Made by a program: the position numbers and the translations under genes. Source: Eledone cirrhosa (lineage: Eukaryota). Taken from it: a DNA stretch of 64,000 nt. This document shows, piece after piece, positions 14,592 through 27,690 of this stretch (within the stretch, counting starts at the first letter, position 1; each line of letters begins with the position of its first letter). The stretch covers positions 14,632,001 to 14,696,000 of the forward strand of contig OZ024746.1 of assembly GCA_964016885.1 (NCBI GenBank), written 5' to 3'. The notes under the pieces are model-generated. The model was not told where the DNA came from. It worked only from the letters and a program-made list of their open reading frames with translations, and did no database searches.

Positions 14592-14865
14592 ACAAAGAAA
14601 AGAATCCCCAGTCACTGAAGAGGTCACAGAATGTGTGACAAAAGAACTTTGACAATATAAGAACAACCATCCGGTTGTGGAGCCAACCAACCAACCGGAA
14701 ATTTATAAAATTTATATTTATAAAATTTATAAAATTTATAATAAATTGAAGTGAAAGCAACTGGTGCGTGTGTTTCTTATTGGCAACATGACCCTCCCAA
14801 AGTATAACAATATCGGTTTCAACACACGTTTTCAAATAAAGAATCTTGCTAAACATATTCAGAAA

Positions 14866-14868
<3 letters not shown>
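14590..14868 (+). mobile_element. Solo Penelope pseudo-LTR, same family as 2617-2887
   Basis: High identity to the 3' end of the element at 1821-2887; the hammerhead GAAA box is mutated to AAAA; flanked by (CA)n and (TA)n. Confidence 0.85.
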
Positions 14869-14939
<71 letters not shown>

Positions 14940-14987
14940 GTAAAATATGTAAAATTTGGCTTCGTTTATTATAAATTATAGATATAC

Positions 14988-15042
14988 AATGCTATATATA
15001 TTTCGGTGACAGCCATCATTGGCTGTGACCTCTTCAGGCAGT
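14988..15042 (-). ncRNA. Type I hammerhead ribozyme motif (minus-strand copy)
   Basis: actgc-CTGAAGA-G[stem II]C-GAAA-tatata-TA-gcatt; stem I has one mismatch. Confidence 0.7.
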
Positions 15043-15190
15043 CTGAATTGGTGTGGGAAAGACAGGTAGACATGTTGTTAAAGTGTGTTCCACTCTGTCA
15101 ATACATCGATATGTCCAGCTCCTGGTTGTGTTGTTATTTCTCTGGGGAACTGGAATCATATGTGTACCTGTCTTTCCCACACCAATTCGG

Positions 15191-15245
15191 ACTGCCTGAA
15201 GAGGTCACAGCCAATGATGGCTGTCACCGAAATATATATAGCAGT
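15191..15245 (+). ncRNA. Type I hammerhead ribozyme motif
   Basis: actgc-CTGAAGA-Ggtcacagcca-atga-tggctgtcacC-GAAA-tatata-TA-gcagt: complete core, 5-bp stem I, 11-bp stem II with one C-C mismatch, palindromic minimal stem III, AUA triplet. Predicted cut after 15240. Confidence 0.85.
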
Positions 15246-15677
15246 ATATCTATAATTTATAATAAACGAAGCCAAATTTTACATATTTGACTTAATTATT
15301 TTACATTACTCCGGAGTAAACAAACCAACCTGCGTACTTCGTCGAGTGCTCCAATCTACATACTGAGGTGTCGGTAAACAACCAACATATACTCAAAATA
15401 TATATATATTTGTAGTAAGGCTGCTTGGATGCGTCCATAGGCGGTATGCCGGTTGAGCACTTTATGCTCCTTCGGAGCAGAGTATGATAATATGGAAAAC
15501 GAAGTATCAGTGATGCATCGGAATACAATTTATTAACGTATTGCAATTGTTTCTCCAGCGAACAGCTCGAGGTGCGATCCATTTGTGAATAGAACCTGAC
15601 TCTGGATTCGCTTGTTCCTCAGATATGTCTAGTGACTTCAAAGCAAATCTTCACACATATATATATGTGCGTATATA

Positions 15678-15784
<107 letters not shown>

Positions 15785-17052
15785 ATATAATTAAAGGAAC
15801 CAAAAGGTGTTCACTTTGTATTATTAGGAAATACAGAATATTGCAGGGTTTGTAGTCCTCCGCCAAATATCTGAATATTAAAACCGAGGTGTTTAAAACA
15901 TGCGAAATTGGAAACCAATGGTAGCAATGAAGCCGTGTTGAAAATATATATACTATAATAGATAAATATATATGTGTAGGGGTGGGGGGTCTGTGTGTGT
16001 ATGATATACATATATATATTGCTATACGTGTATATGTTTCATGCTTCATTTGCAAGATATAATACTACTCGAGCCTAGTAAAATATAGAAGTATATTGGC
16101 CACAATTTCTATTTCATTGTGCTTTGTTCATCCAATCGAGTGAGAACCAATTATTAGATGTATGAGAATTATTGATCGGCTATAACCATCGTTGATACAA
16201 GTACTCTTCATGTTGTTATCAATAATTATGGTTTCTGTCATAATTACTCTTATGATTATCAGTATTGATTTAAAATAGTGTTTATTGTTGAGAGGGAGAT
16301 AAACTTGAACCCCCGCTCTGTCATTAATCAATAAAATGTTAGTAAATAGCCATGTTACATTGGCTCGTTTTATCTTTAAAAAAAAATATTGCTTTGTAAT
16401 TAACGTTTAGTATTGGTTTTTTAACCGTTGCGTTGGAAGTGAACTCTTGAAGATTGATAGCGATTCTCCCATCCAAAAGCAGTTATTTGAAGATAAAGCG
16501 ATAGAGATTACCGATTGTTTTATTCTAAGCGGGGTGAAATTTGGATGTAAATATTCGTGAGAAGCTATACATACTTTTAAGTATCATATATTGGTAAATG
16601 ACTGGTGGAGTATAATTGAATTATTGATGCAACAGAACTGAAATATATACGTGTATAGTTACAGCACTAGAGATATACATATCTATATATAGGTATTTGA
16701 TGGTAATGATTGCCTGGCTACTAATGCATAGAAGTAATGTTTGGTATGTCACACTCATAAACATAAACAATAAGAGTTTCATGTGCAACTAAAATGATAC
16801 AAATCTTCAACAGTGGAGATGGTAGTGATAGTGATGTTTTACTTTTGATGTTTATGCCTGTCGATGGAGCAGGTGTATAAACATGGCTTATATTTTTGTG
16901 ATTCATTCATCAAACATTACAAACAAATTGTGTTAGATCTGAGAACAGTTATGCATGCACAGAAGCATACAAAAAATAAATACAAAAATATCCACACATA
17001 GTCCCTGAATAAAGAGCAAACAAAAAACATTAACTTTCGCGTTGAATTATAT

Positions 17053-17386
17053 TGTAGCGGTTGTCTCCCTTGTGACTCACAACCCCAATAGATTAACATC
17101 TAGACGGGAAGTAGAACCCTTTCTGTAACTTCCGGTCAGAGCCCTATAAAACGAATAGCTTTCGGCTCTCTGCCTCTCATTGCCCTTCCGGCGCCTGGCT
17201 TTCGCCAGGCGTCTTCTGCCAGCCGCGTTTGCCTGGCAATCAAAACGGTAACTACTAACTTTGCTTCATTCTATCATCTATTTCTTTGACATGTCAACTA
17301 TACTATCTACCATTGTTAATTAAATATTATACACACAAACAATGTCTCGTTTTGTTACATTCATACAACCTAGTATCTTCGCTATA
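17053..17386 (+). mobile_element. 334-bp LTR (Gypsy-like)
   Basis: Starts TGTAGCG and ends CGCTATA (terminal inverted repeat, CA>TA). TATA-like ccctataaaa at ~17143. Followed after 1 nt by a PBS. Confidence 0.75.
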
Positions 17387-17387
17387 T

Positions 17388-17405
17388 TGGTAACCCTGAC
17401 GTGAT
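17388..17405 (+). promoter_or_regulatory. Primer-binding site, tRNA-Trp
   Basis: TGGTAACCCTGACGTGAT matches TGGTGACCCCGACGTGAT (complement of the metazoan tRNA-Trp 3' end, recalled from memory) at 16/18. Confidence 0.75.
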
Positions 17406-17457
17406 ACGAACACGCAGCCGTTCATCGCTATAAGTGGTCACCCCAAAAAAAAGAAAA

Positions 17458-17791
17458 TATAGCGAAGATACTGGGTTGTATGAATGTAACAAAACGAGAC
17501 ATAGTTTGTGTGTATAATATTTAATTAACAATGGTAGATAGTATAGTTGACATGTCAAAGAAATAGATGATAGAATGAAACAAAGTTAGTAGTTACCGTT
17601 TTGATTGCCAGGCAAACGCGGCTGGCAGAAGACGCCTGGCGAAAGCCAGGCGCCGGAAGGGCAATGAGAGGCAGAGAGCCGAAAGCTATTCGTTTTATAG
17701 GGCTCTGACCGGAAGTTACAGAAAGGGTTCTACTTCCCGTCTAGATGTTAATCTATTGGGGTTGTGAGTCACAAGGGAGACAACCGCTACA
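17458..17791 (-). mobile_element. Second copy of the same LTR in inverted orientation
   Basis: Reverse complement of 17053-17386 with about 3 substitutions seen. Confidence 0.8.
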
Positions 17792-17796
17792 ATATT

Positions 17797-17941
17797 TATA
17801 ATTGTTTCTACTTTTGGCACCAGGCCAGCAATTATCTCAGTGCATTACTGGTACTTTATTTTATCGACCCCGTAAGGATGAAAGGCAAAGTTAACCTCGG
17901 CGGGATTTGAACTCAGATCATAAAGGGAGGTAACTCTATGC
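17797..17941 (-). mobile_element. tRNA-derived SINE, 5'-truncated
   Basis: Near-identical to 33235-33375. Confidence 0.85.
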
Positions 17942-18700
17942 TTCTATATTTATAATAATTCAATATATGATAATTTTTCATCTGCTTAACACAAAACGAT
18001 TGGGTGTGAGACTATTTGTCGAATAAACCTAGTTCAAATCTCATCGAAGTCAATTATATTTTTCTTTACTCATAAGTTAGTAAATCATAATAACAGTAAA
18101 AATTCAGTCAACTATACATGCTTAGCAATCACTGCTTTCAGATTCGATACCTCTGCATAGAGAAATAACACTTTTGAAAAGCTCACGAGACCGGAAACCA
18201 GTTAGCAAAATACAAATGAGATAACCATGATTCTTTCTACAAGCTCCCTTTTTAAGAAAAAACTATAATTGATTTTGCATGAACTAATTTCTTTCTACAG
18301 TGTGCAGTAAATTTGCATGAATATATATTTAAAAAAACACTAGATGCATCAATAAACAAATAAATAATAAATGATTTCATTATTATTTTTTTAGATAACG
18401 TAATCTGTACAGAATTCATTAATTTTTTAACGCCTTAAATTTTTCACTATAACTTCATTTCGCGTTGCTCCATTATACTCAGCTGGATATGAATACCAGA
18501 AATAGGTGGGTGTTTAACCCTGCGAAGGACTGACGTTCTCTTTAGGGGGATTCTTGCACTCTCAGTTGCTTCATGCCATGGAAACCGAGATAACAGGCTG
18601 TACAAATCCCTGAAAATATTACATTTGAAGAATTGGGTAAAAATATAAATGAAGATATCCTCAGAGAACTAAAAGAAATCATGATGAACTCTCCACTCTG

Positions 18701-21700
18701 ACAATATACTATCCATCCTGACAATATACTATCCACCCTCACAATATACTATCCACCCTCACAATATACTATCCATCCTGACAATATACTATCCACCCTC
18801 ACAATATACTATCCATCCTCACAATATACTATCCACCCTCACAATATACTATCCACCCTCACAATATACTATCCACCCTCACAATATACTATCCACCCTC
18901 ACAATATACTATCCACCCTCACAATATACTATCCACCCTCACAATATACTATCCACCCTCACAATATACTATCCACCCTCACAATATACTATCCACCCTC
19001 ACAATATACTATCCACCCTCACAATATACTATCCACCCTCACAATATACTATCCACCCTCACAATATACTATCCACCCTCACAATATACTATCCATCCTC
19101 ACAATATACTATCCACCCTCACAATATACTATCCATCCTCACAATATACTATCCACCCTCACAATATACTATCCACCCTCACAATATACTATCCACCCTC
19201 ACAATATACTATCCACCCTCACAATATACTATCCACCCTCACAATATACTATCCATCCTCACAATATACTATCCACCCTCACAATATACTATCCACCCTC
19301 ACAATATACTATCCATCCTGACAATATACTATCCACCCTCACAATATACTATCCATCCTGACAATATACTATCCACCCTCACAATATACTATCCACCCTC
19401 ACAATATACTATCCACCCTCACAATATACTATCCACCCTCACAATATACTATCCATCCTGACAATATACTATCCATCCTGACAATATACTATCCACCCTC
19501 ACAATATACTATCCACCCTCACAATATACTATCCACCCTCACAATATACTATCCACCCTCACAATATACTATCCACCCTCACAATATACTATCCATCCTG
19601 ACAATATACTATCCACCCTCACAATATACTATCCATCCTGACAATATACTATCCACCCTCACAATATACTATCCACCCTCACAATATACTATCCACCCTC
19701 ACAATATACTATCCACCCTCACAATATACTATCCATCCTGACAATATACTATCCACCCTCACAATATACTATCCATCCTGACAATATACTATCCACCCTC
19801 ACAATATACTATCCATCCTGACAATATACTATCCACCCTCACAATATACTATCCACCCTCACAATATACTATCCATCCTGACAATATACTATCCACCCTC
19901 ACAATATACTATCCACCCTCACAATATACTATCCACCCTCACAATATACTATCCACCCTCACAATATACTATCCACCCTCACAATATACTATCCATCCTG
20001 ACAATATACTATCCACCCTCACAATATACTATCCATCCTGACAATATACTATCCACCCTCACAATATACTATCCATCCTGACAATATACTATCCACCCTC
20101 ACAATATACTATCCACCCTCAAAATATACTATCCACCCTCACAATATACTATCCACCCTCACAATATACTATCCATCCTGACAATATACTATCCACCCTC
20201 ACAATATACTATCCATCCTGACAATATACTATCCACCCTCACAATATACTATCCATCCTGACAATATACTATCCACCCTCACAATATACTATCCACCCTC
20301 ACAATATACTATCCATCCTGACAATATACTATCCACCCTCACAATATACTATCCACCCTCACAATATACTATCCACCCTCACAATATACTATCCACCCTC
20401 ACAATATACTATCCACCCTCACAATATACTATCCATCCTGACAATATACTATCCACCCTCACAATATACTATCCATCCTGACAATATACTATCCACCCTC
20501 ACAATATACTATCCATCCTGACAATATACTATCCACCCTCACAATATACTATCCACCCTCACAATATACTATCCACCCTCACAATATACTATCCACCCTC
20601 ACAATATACTATCCATCCTGACAATATACTATCCATCCTCACAATATACTATCCATCCTGACAATATACTATCCACCCTCACAATATACTATCCACCCTC
20701 ACAATATACTATCCACCCTCACAATATACTATCCACCCTCACAATATACTATCCACCCTCACAATATACTATCCACCCTCACAATATACTATCCATCCTC
20801 ACAATATACTATCCACCCTCACAATATACTATCCACCTTCACAATATACTATCCACCCTCACAATATACTATCCACCTTCACAATATACTATCCACCTTC
20901 ACAATATACTATCCACCCTCACAATATACTATCCAGCCTCACAATATACTATCCACCCTCACAATATACTATCCACCTTCACAATATACTATCCATCCTG
21001 ACAATATACTATCCACCCTCACAATATACTATCCACCTTCACAATATACTATCCACCCTCACAATATACTATCCACCCCCACAATATACTATCCAGCCTC
21101 ACAATATACTATCCACCCTCACAATATACTATCCATCCTGACAATATACTATCCACCCTCACAATATACTATCCACCCTCACAATATACTATCCAGCCTC
21201 ACAATATACTATCCACCCTCACAATATACTATCCACCCTCACAATATACTATCCACCTTCACAATATACTATCCATCCTGACAATATACTATCCACCCTC
21301 ACAATATACTATCCACCTTCACAATATACTATCCACCCTCACAATATACTATCCACCCCCACAATATACTATCCAGCCTCACAATATACTATCCACCCTC
21401 ACAATATACTATCCATCCTGACAATATACTATCCACCCTCACAATATACTATCCACCCTCACAATATACTATCCACCCTCACAATATACTATCCATCCTG
21501 ACAATATACTATCCACCCTCACAATATACTATCCACCTTCACAATATACTATCCATCCTGACAATATACTATCCACCTTCACAATATACTATCCACCCTC
21601 ACAATATACTATCCACCTTCACAATATACTATCCACCCTCACAATATACTATCCACCCTCACAATATACTATCCACCCTCACAATATACTATCCACCCTC

Positions 21701-23368
21701 ACAATATACTATCCATCCTCACAATATACTATCCACCCTCACAATATACTATCCACCCTCACAATATACTATCCATCCTGACAATATACTATCCATCCTG
21801 ACAATATACTATCCACCCTCACAATATACTATCCATCCTGACAATATACTATCCACCTTCACAATATACTATCCACCCTCACAATATACTATCCACCTTC
21901 ACAATATACTATCCACCCTCACAATATACTATCCACCCTCACAATATACTATCCACCCTCACAATATACTATCCACCCTCACAATATACTATCCATCCTC
22001 ACAATATACTATCCACCCTCACAATATACTATCCACCCTCACAATATACTATCCAGCCTCACAATATACTATCCACCCTCACAATATACTATCCATCCTG
22101 ACAATATACTATCCACCCTCACAATATACTATCCACCCTCACAATATACTATCCACCCTCACAATATACTATCCATCCTCACAATATACTATCCACCTTC
22201 ACAATATACTATCCACCCTCACAATATACTATCCATCCTCACAATATACTATCCACCCTCACAATATACTATCCACCCTGACAATATACTATCCATCCTG
22301 ACAATATACTATCCACCCTCACAATATACTATCCACCCTCACAATATACTATCCATCCTCACAATATACTATCCACCTTCACAATATACTATCCACCCTC
22401 ACAATATACTATCCACCCTCACAATATACTATCCACCCTCACAATATACTATCCACCCTCACAATATACTATCCACCCTCACAATATACTATCCACCCTC
22501 ACAATATACTATCCATCCTCACAATATACTATCCACCCTCACAATATACTATCCATCCTGACAATATACTATCCACCCTCACAATATACTATCCACCCTC
22601 ACAATATACTATCCATCCTGACAATATACTATCCTCACAATATACTATCCATCCTCACAATATACTATCCATCCTGACAATATACTATCCACCCTCACAA
22701 TATACTATCCATCCTGACAATATACTATCCACCCTCACAATATACTATCCATCCTGACAATATACTATCCACCCTCACAATATACTATCCATCCTGACAA
22801 TATACTATCCACCCTCACAATATACTATCCATCCTGACAATATACTATCCACCCTCACAATATACTATCCACCCTCACAATATACTATCCTCACAATATA
22901 CTATCCACCCTCACAATATACTATCCATCCTGACAATATACTATCCACCCTCACAATATACTATCCACCCTCACAATATACTATCCACCCTCACAATATA
23001 CTATCCTCACAATATACTATCCACCCTCACAATATACTATCCACCCTCACAATATACTATCCACCCTCACAATATACTATCCACCCTCACAATATACTAT
23101 CCAGCCTCACAATATACTATCCATCCTGACAATATACTATCCACCCTCACAATATACTATCCAGCCTCACAATATACTATCCATCCTGACAATATACTAT
23201 CCACCCTCACAATATACTATCCACCCTCACAATATACTATCCATCCTGACAATATACTATCCTCACAATATACTATCCACCCTCACAATATACTATCCAT
23301 CCTGACAATATACTATCCACCCTCACAATATACTATCCACCCTCTCAATATACTATCCACCCTGACAA
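18701..23368. repeat. 20-bp minisatellite (acaatatactatccaccctc)n, roughly 230 copies
   Basis: Directly visible; variants at the last 5 positions; a few 16-bp units near the right end. Confidence 0.98.
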
Positions 23369-23990
23369 GAAAAACTTGACCAACTTCATAAATCCACAGA
23401 GAAACACAAGACAGAAGCTGAAAAAAAAACAGATCAACAATAACAGAAAACTATTGAAAGACATTGAAACAGTTCGAATGAAAGATAATAATTCATCACT
23501 TACAGAATCTTCTGAAAATACTCCGAACTACTCTTCTTATAAAAAATGTTGAATGGGTTGTATGTGGACTAAAGATCCTTAAACTAAGAAAATTCAGATT
23601 CTGGAATATGCTATAGCAGAGAATTACCAATGCCCTCTCTAGTGCCGGTGCTGTGATAGAGCAGACTCACTACACTAGAAACAATGCCAAAAATGGATTA
23701 AGAGGATCCATCAGTCATGACACATCAACCTCTCAAGTGCTGGTGCCACAGAAAATACACGCAGTAAAGCTCTGTAATGTGATTGGTGATAGAGAGAGCA
23801 TCCAGCTGAAGAAACCATGTCATACAAAAGGTTTAGAAGACTATTCAGTTGTATCAAAGACATGACAACCTCCTTAGTGCTGCAAAGGTGAATACTATAT
23901 AAGATATGGCCCCTGGCCTATCAAGATAACAGTATCTCTGATTAAGTATGGTCTTGATATGTGGCAACCCATCCATTATTTCTCATTCTT

Positions 23991-24026
23991 TCTTCTGATG
24001 AAGGACTAGCGTCCAAAACGTAAAGA
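23991..24026 (+). ncRNA. Inactivated minimal hammerhead-like motif
   Basis: tctt-CTGATGA-a-ggac-tagc-gtcc-(A)AAA-cg-TA-aaga; stems I and II pair but GAAA is AAAA. Confidence 0.5.
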
Positions 24027-24115
24027 CCCACTTCCAGCTATTTCAAGCGTTAACCTAATATATTCCTTTCATATACTGTACCTATTGTGTTGTTATTTCT
24101 GTTTACCTTTTACAT

Positions 24116-24162
<47 letters not shown>

Positions 24163-24584
24163 TACACAAAGATGTTCATGCTTTAATGTTTTTTATTTAA
24201 TATTGCTTATCAGAAAACTGCGTAGCAAGGTGTGTATATTTGTTGATGTGTGTTCTTACCCAACTTTTGATGAGCAGTATTAAATAAGAAACATAAAAAC
24301 GTGAAAATCTTAATTTATTCACTCAGATAACAACATAGCAGCCCTTGATACCTGAAAAATAGCATTTAGAATTAAATCAATAGCTTCAGCTAACTCTATA
24401 CATACTGAAACTGAATAGATATGGGTGCTCAGAACTCAATACACCTGTTATTGTGAAGTTGTTAAATGGGTGGTGGCATCATTCTTCATTTCAATTTTGT
24501 TCATATTTTAAATATAATTTTAACATCACTTTGTTTTTTTATAACTGTTGATATTTTTGCTGTCACTGGGAAGGTTATCAGGGT

Positions 24585-25289
24585 TATTCTTATACGTTTG
24601 ACTATTGGTACTATTTCTTATACGTTTGACTGTGGTGTTATTTCTTATACGTTTGACTGTTGGTATTATTTCTTATACGTTTGACTGTTGGCACTATTTC
24701 TTATACGTTTGACTGTTGGTACTATTTCTTATACATTTGACTGTTGGTGTTATTTCTTATACGTTTGACTGTTGGTATTATTTCTTATACGTTTGACTGT
24801 TGGTGTTATTTCTTATACGTTTGACTGTTGATATTATTTCTTATACGTTTGACTGTTGGTATTATTTCTTATACGTTTGACTGTTGGCACTATTTCTTAT
24901 ACGTTTGACTGTTGGTACTATTTCTTATACATTTGACTGTTGGTGTTATTTCTTATACGTTTGACTGTTGGTATTATTTCTTATACGTTTGACTGTTGGT
25001 GTTATTTCTTATACGTTTGACTGTTGATATTATTTCTTATACGTTTGACTGTTGGTGTTATTTCTTATACGTTTGGCTGTTGGTGTTATTTCTTATACAC
25101 TTGACTGTTGGTATTATTTCTTATACGGTTGACTGTTGGTGTCATTTCTTATACATTTAACTGTTGGTGTTATTTCTTATACACTTGACTGTTGGTATTA
25201 TTTCTTATACGGTTGACTGTTGGTGTCATTTCTTATACATTTAACTGTTGGTGTTATTTCTTATACGTTTGACTGTTGGTGTTATTTCT
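24585..25289. repeat. 28-bp minisatellite (tatttcttatacgtttgactgttggtgt)n, about 25 copies
   Basis: Directly visible. Confidence 0.97.
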
Positions 25290-25309
25290 AACATATTGTT
25301 GCATTTTAA

Positions 25310-26606
25310 CCCTTTAGCATTTAAACCAGCCGCATCTGACCAGAACTCTCTCACCTCTTTCTGTTCAAACTGTCTGTAACCAGCTGCTCATGCTGACATT
25401 AAGGTATTGTTCTCAAAATAAATAATATCAAAATCTTGTAGATTCAATATTATGTAAAATAATTATGTAAGATAAAGCCTTTTCTGTGAAAATACAATAG
25501 TACAGGGTGCGGACGGTATTTGAGGATAGATTTATGGTTTTTTAAAAAATGCTTATATAATAACAGAAAAAACTGTATTCTTATAAAAATAGCATAAACA
25601 TAAAGTTAAATTATCAATTTAATAATTTCATTCAATAAAACCACCATAAGCATCAATAACTGCCTCTGCACCAGGTCGAAATCGTTTGCAAGCTCGGATT
25701 AAGTGGTCCTTTCTCAACGATGCTAGTAGTTTAGTGGATTGAGATCTGGAGAATTAGGAGGCCAAATGTTGGGGGTGATGTGATCATGCAAATTGTCGGC
25801 CATCCATTCTTGTGTCAATTGAGCCTTGTGTGATGGTGCAGAATCTTGTTGAAAGACATAAGGCCTTCCATTGCATACACTGTTACAACTTTATCCAGAC
25901 CCTCAATATATGCAGCAGCATTCACCCTAAGGCCTTGTGGAAAAAAGTGAGGAGGCATCACATGTCCTTCATTGCTAACAACACCGAAAACCATGACACT
26001 TGCAGGAAATTTTGTGTGCATTACTCTTGGAACCTCAGAAGAGTCTGCACATAGCCACCTGTCATTTCTTCTGTTAGTTTTGTGGTCCTGGTCAAAGTTT
26101 TGCTCATCTAAGAAAAACCAAATCACACCATCTTCTGATGGATTTTTAAGTTTGTTTAAAAGTCTTTTGGATCTGATTAAACGCTTTTCTTTTGTTTTTT
26201 CTGACCTCTCCTCATCACGTAAGATTTGTATCTGATGTCTTCATGCACAACATTTCTGATTGTTTTTTCTGACACACCAAAATTTTTTGCAATTAATCTC
26301 ATTGATTTTCCTGGATTGTCATCAATGTTTTGCTTAACTTCTTGAATAAATTCAGGTGTCCTGATAGAATCAGAGCGTTTGGAATATTTTTTACGTTTTG
26401 ATACAAGTAATACACTTCCATCTTTTTCTCTAACTCACACCGAATCTTGTGGACAAAAGATCTTGCAACTTTCAGAAAACAAGAAATTTTTAAATCCCCA
26501 TGCTTAGCCTTCAAAGCCACAATCACAGCATGCCTTTTCATTTCATTAGTAAGCATAGTTATTTTCATTGTTATTTTCTGTATAGAGTAATGTAAATGCT
26601 AAAGGG
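25310..26606. mobile_element. piggyBac-type MITE interrupted by a maT transposon
   Basis: TTAA at 25306-25309 and 26607-26610; perfect 14-bp TIR ccctttagcattta / taaatgctaaaggg. Confidence 0.85.
25503..26580 (-). mobile_element. Tc1/mariner-superfamily transposon, maT (DD37D) type; transposase pseudogene
   Basis: MKRHAVIVALKA...ARSFVHKIR (HTH); WFFLDEQNF...KFPASVMVFGVVS; QQDSAPSH + 37 aa ...WPPNSPDLNPL(N), third Asp mutated. TA|CAGGGTG terminus at 25501. Frameshifts and stops. Confidence 0.9.
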
Positions 26607-27594
26607 TTAAGGTTACTCCCATCATTTTATCAATGGCTATTGCTGATTTTTAATATGGAATAATTGTCATTAAAGTTACTATTTCTTTTATTCTTAGTGT
26701 AATTGTTGCCGTGATTGTCTTTTTTTTTTTCACTTCATGAGAAAAGCACAAATATCTGACATTCAATTAAACAACTGATTTACCGGTATTTTTTTTTTTT
26801 TTTTTTTTTCGGGGAATCACAGTCTGCTAGGTTTTTCGTTTTTGTTTTCTTTCTTCAACTAAGGAGTAAATTTCAATTAATTAAGGATTTGAGTATAACA
26901 TTCAATATTCGTTAACTCCTTTTCTATATGTAAAATTCTTCATCAACTGATCTTCTCCCTTAATTAGACTATACTACAGTGGTTCAGAGTGAAACGTGTC
27001 CTTGGCTGTCACTTTTCTGCAGACAAAAATCAGATTTTCCTTCCCCTAAGTAAATAAATTAAATTTGAGATTAATTCTTAATTTATTGAAATTATCTCCC
27101 TTTTTCTTTGAGATTTACTTTGAATTTTTTACATCAGTATTCAGTATCATCTATTAACTAATTTTTTTTTATTTCATATAGTGACAATAATTATGTTTAT
27201 TGTAAAAGAACAATAAACATAATTGTTAGTAGACCTGTACTTTCAAAGTGGATAGAAATACAGCAAATCATCTATAATGAGTTAGCAAAAAAGTTTGCAG
27301 TGTAGAATAAAGAGAAAAATAAATAAATAATATACATTCAAAATCAGCGTAAATGATAGATATGATTTCCACAAAAATAATTGCAAATCTAGTTTATTTT
27401 GGAGAAAAAAAAGTACAATTTATATCCTCAATTTATATAATCTTTATATCTCTAATAAACAAGAACATTTGAAACATTTTTCTGAACAATTTTGTTTTAA
27501 ATTACCTAAAATGTAATTGAGGTTTTAACACAAAAATAGATTTATCAATAACTTTATACATAAGTGTGTCAGAATATCTATGTCCATACATGTA

Positions 27595-27643
27595 TATGTG
27601 TGTGTGATACATATATATAAGATATATATATATATATATATAT

Positions 27644-27686
<43 letters not shown>

Positions 27687-27690
27687 GTGT
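27595..27690. repeat. (TA)n/(GT)n microsatellite
   Basis: Directly visible. Confidence 0.9.

Larger units (their letters stand above)
14932..15299. mobile_element. Palindromic element with ~140-bp inverted arms, each carrying a hammerhead ribozyme; probably Penelope-derived
   Basis: Arms 14932-15073 and 15160-15299 are reverse complements with few mismatches; 86-nt spacer. Confidence 0.8.

Noticed and set aside
18701-23368. CRISPR-like array
   Set aside because: Head-to-tail tandem units without unique spacers; no cas genes; eukaryotic context.
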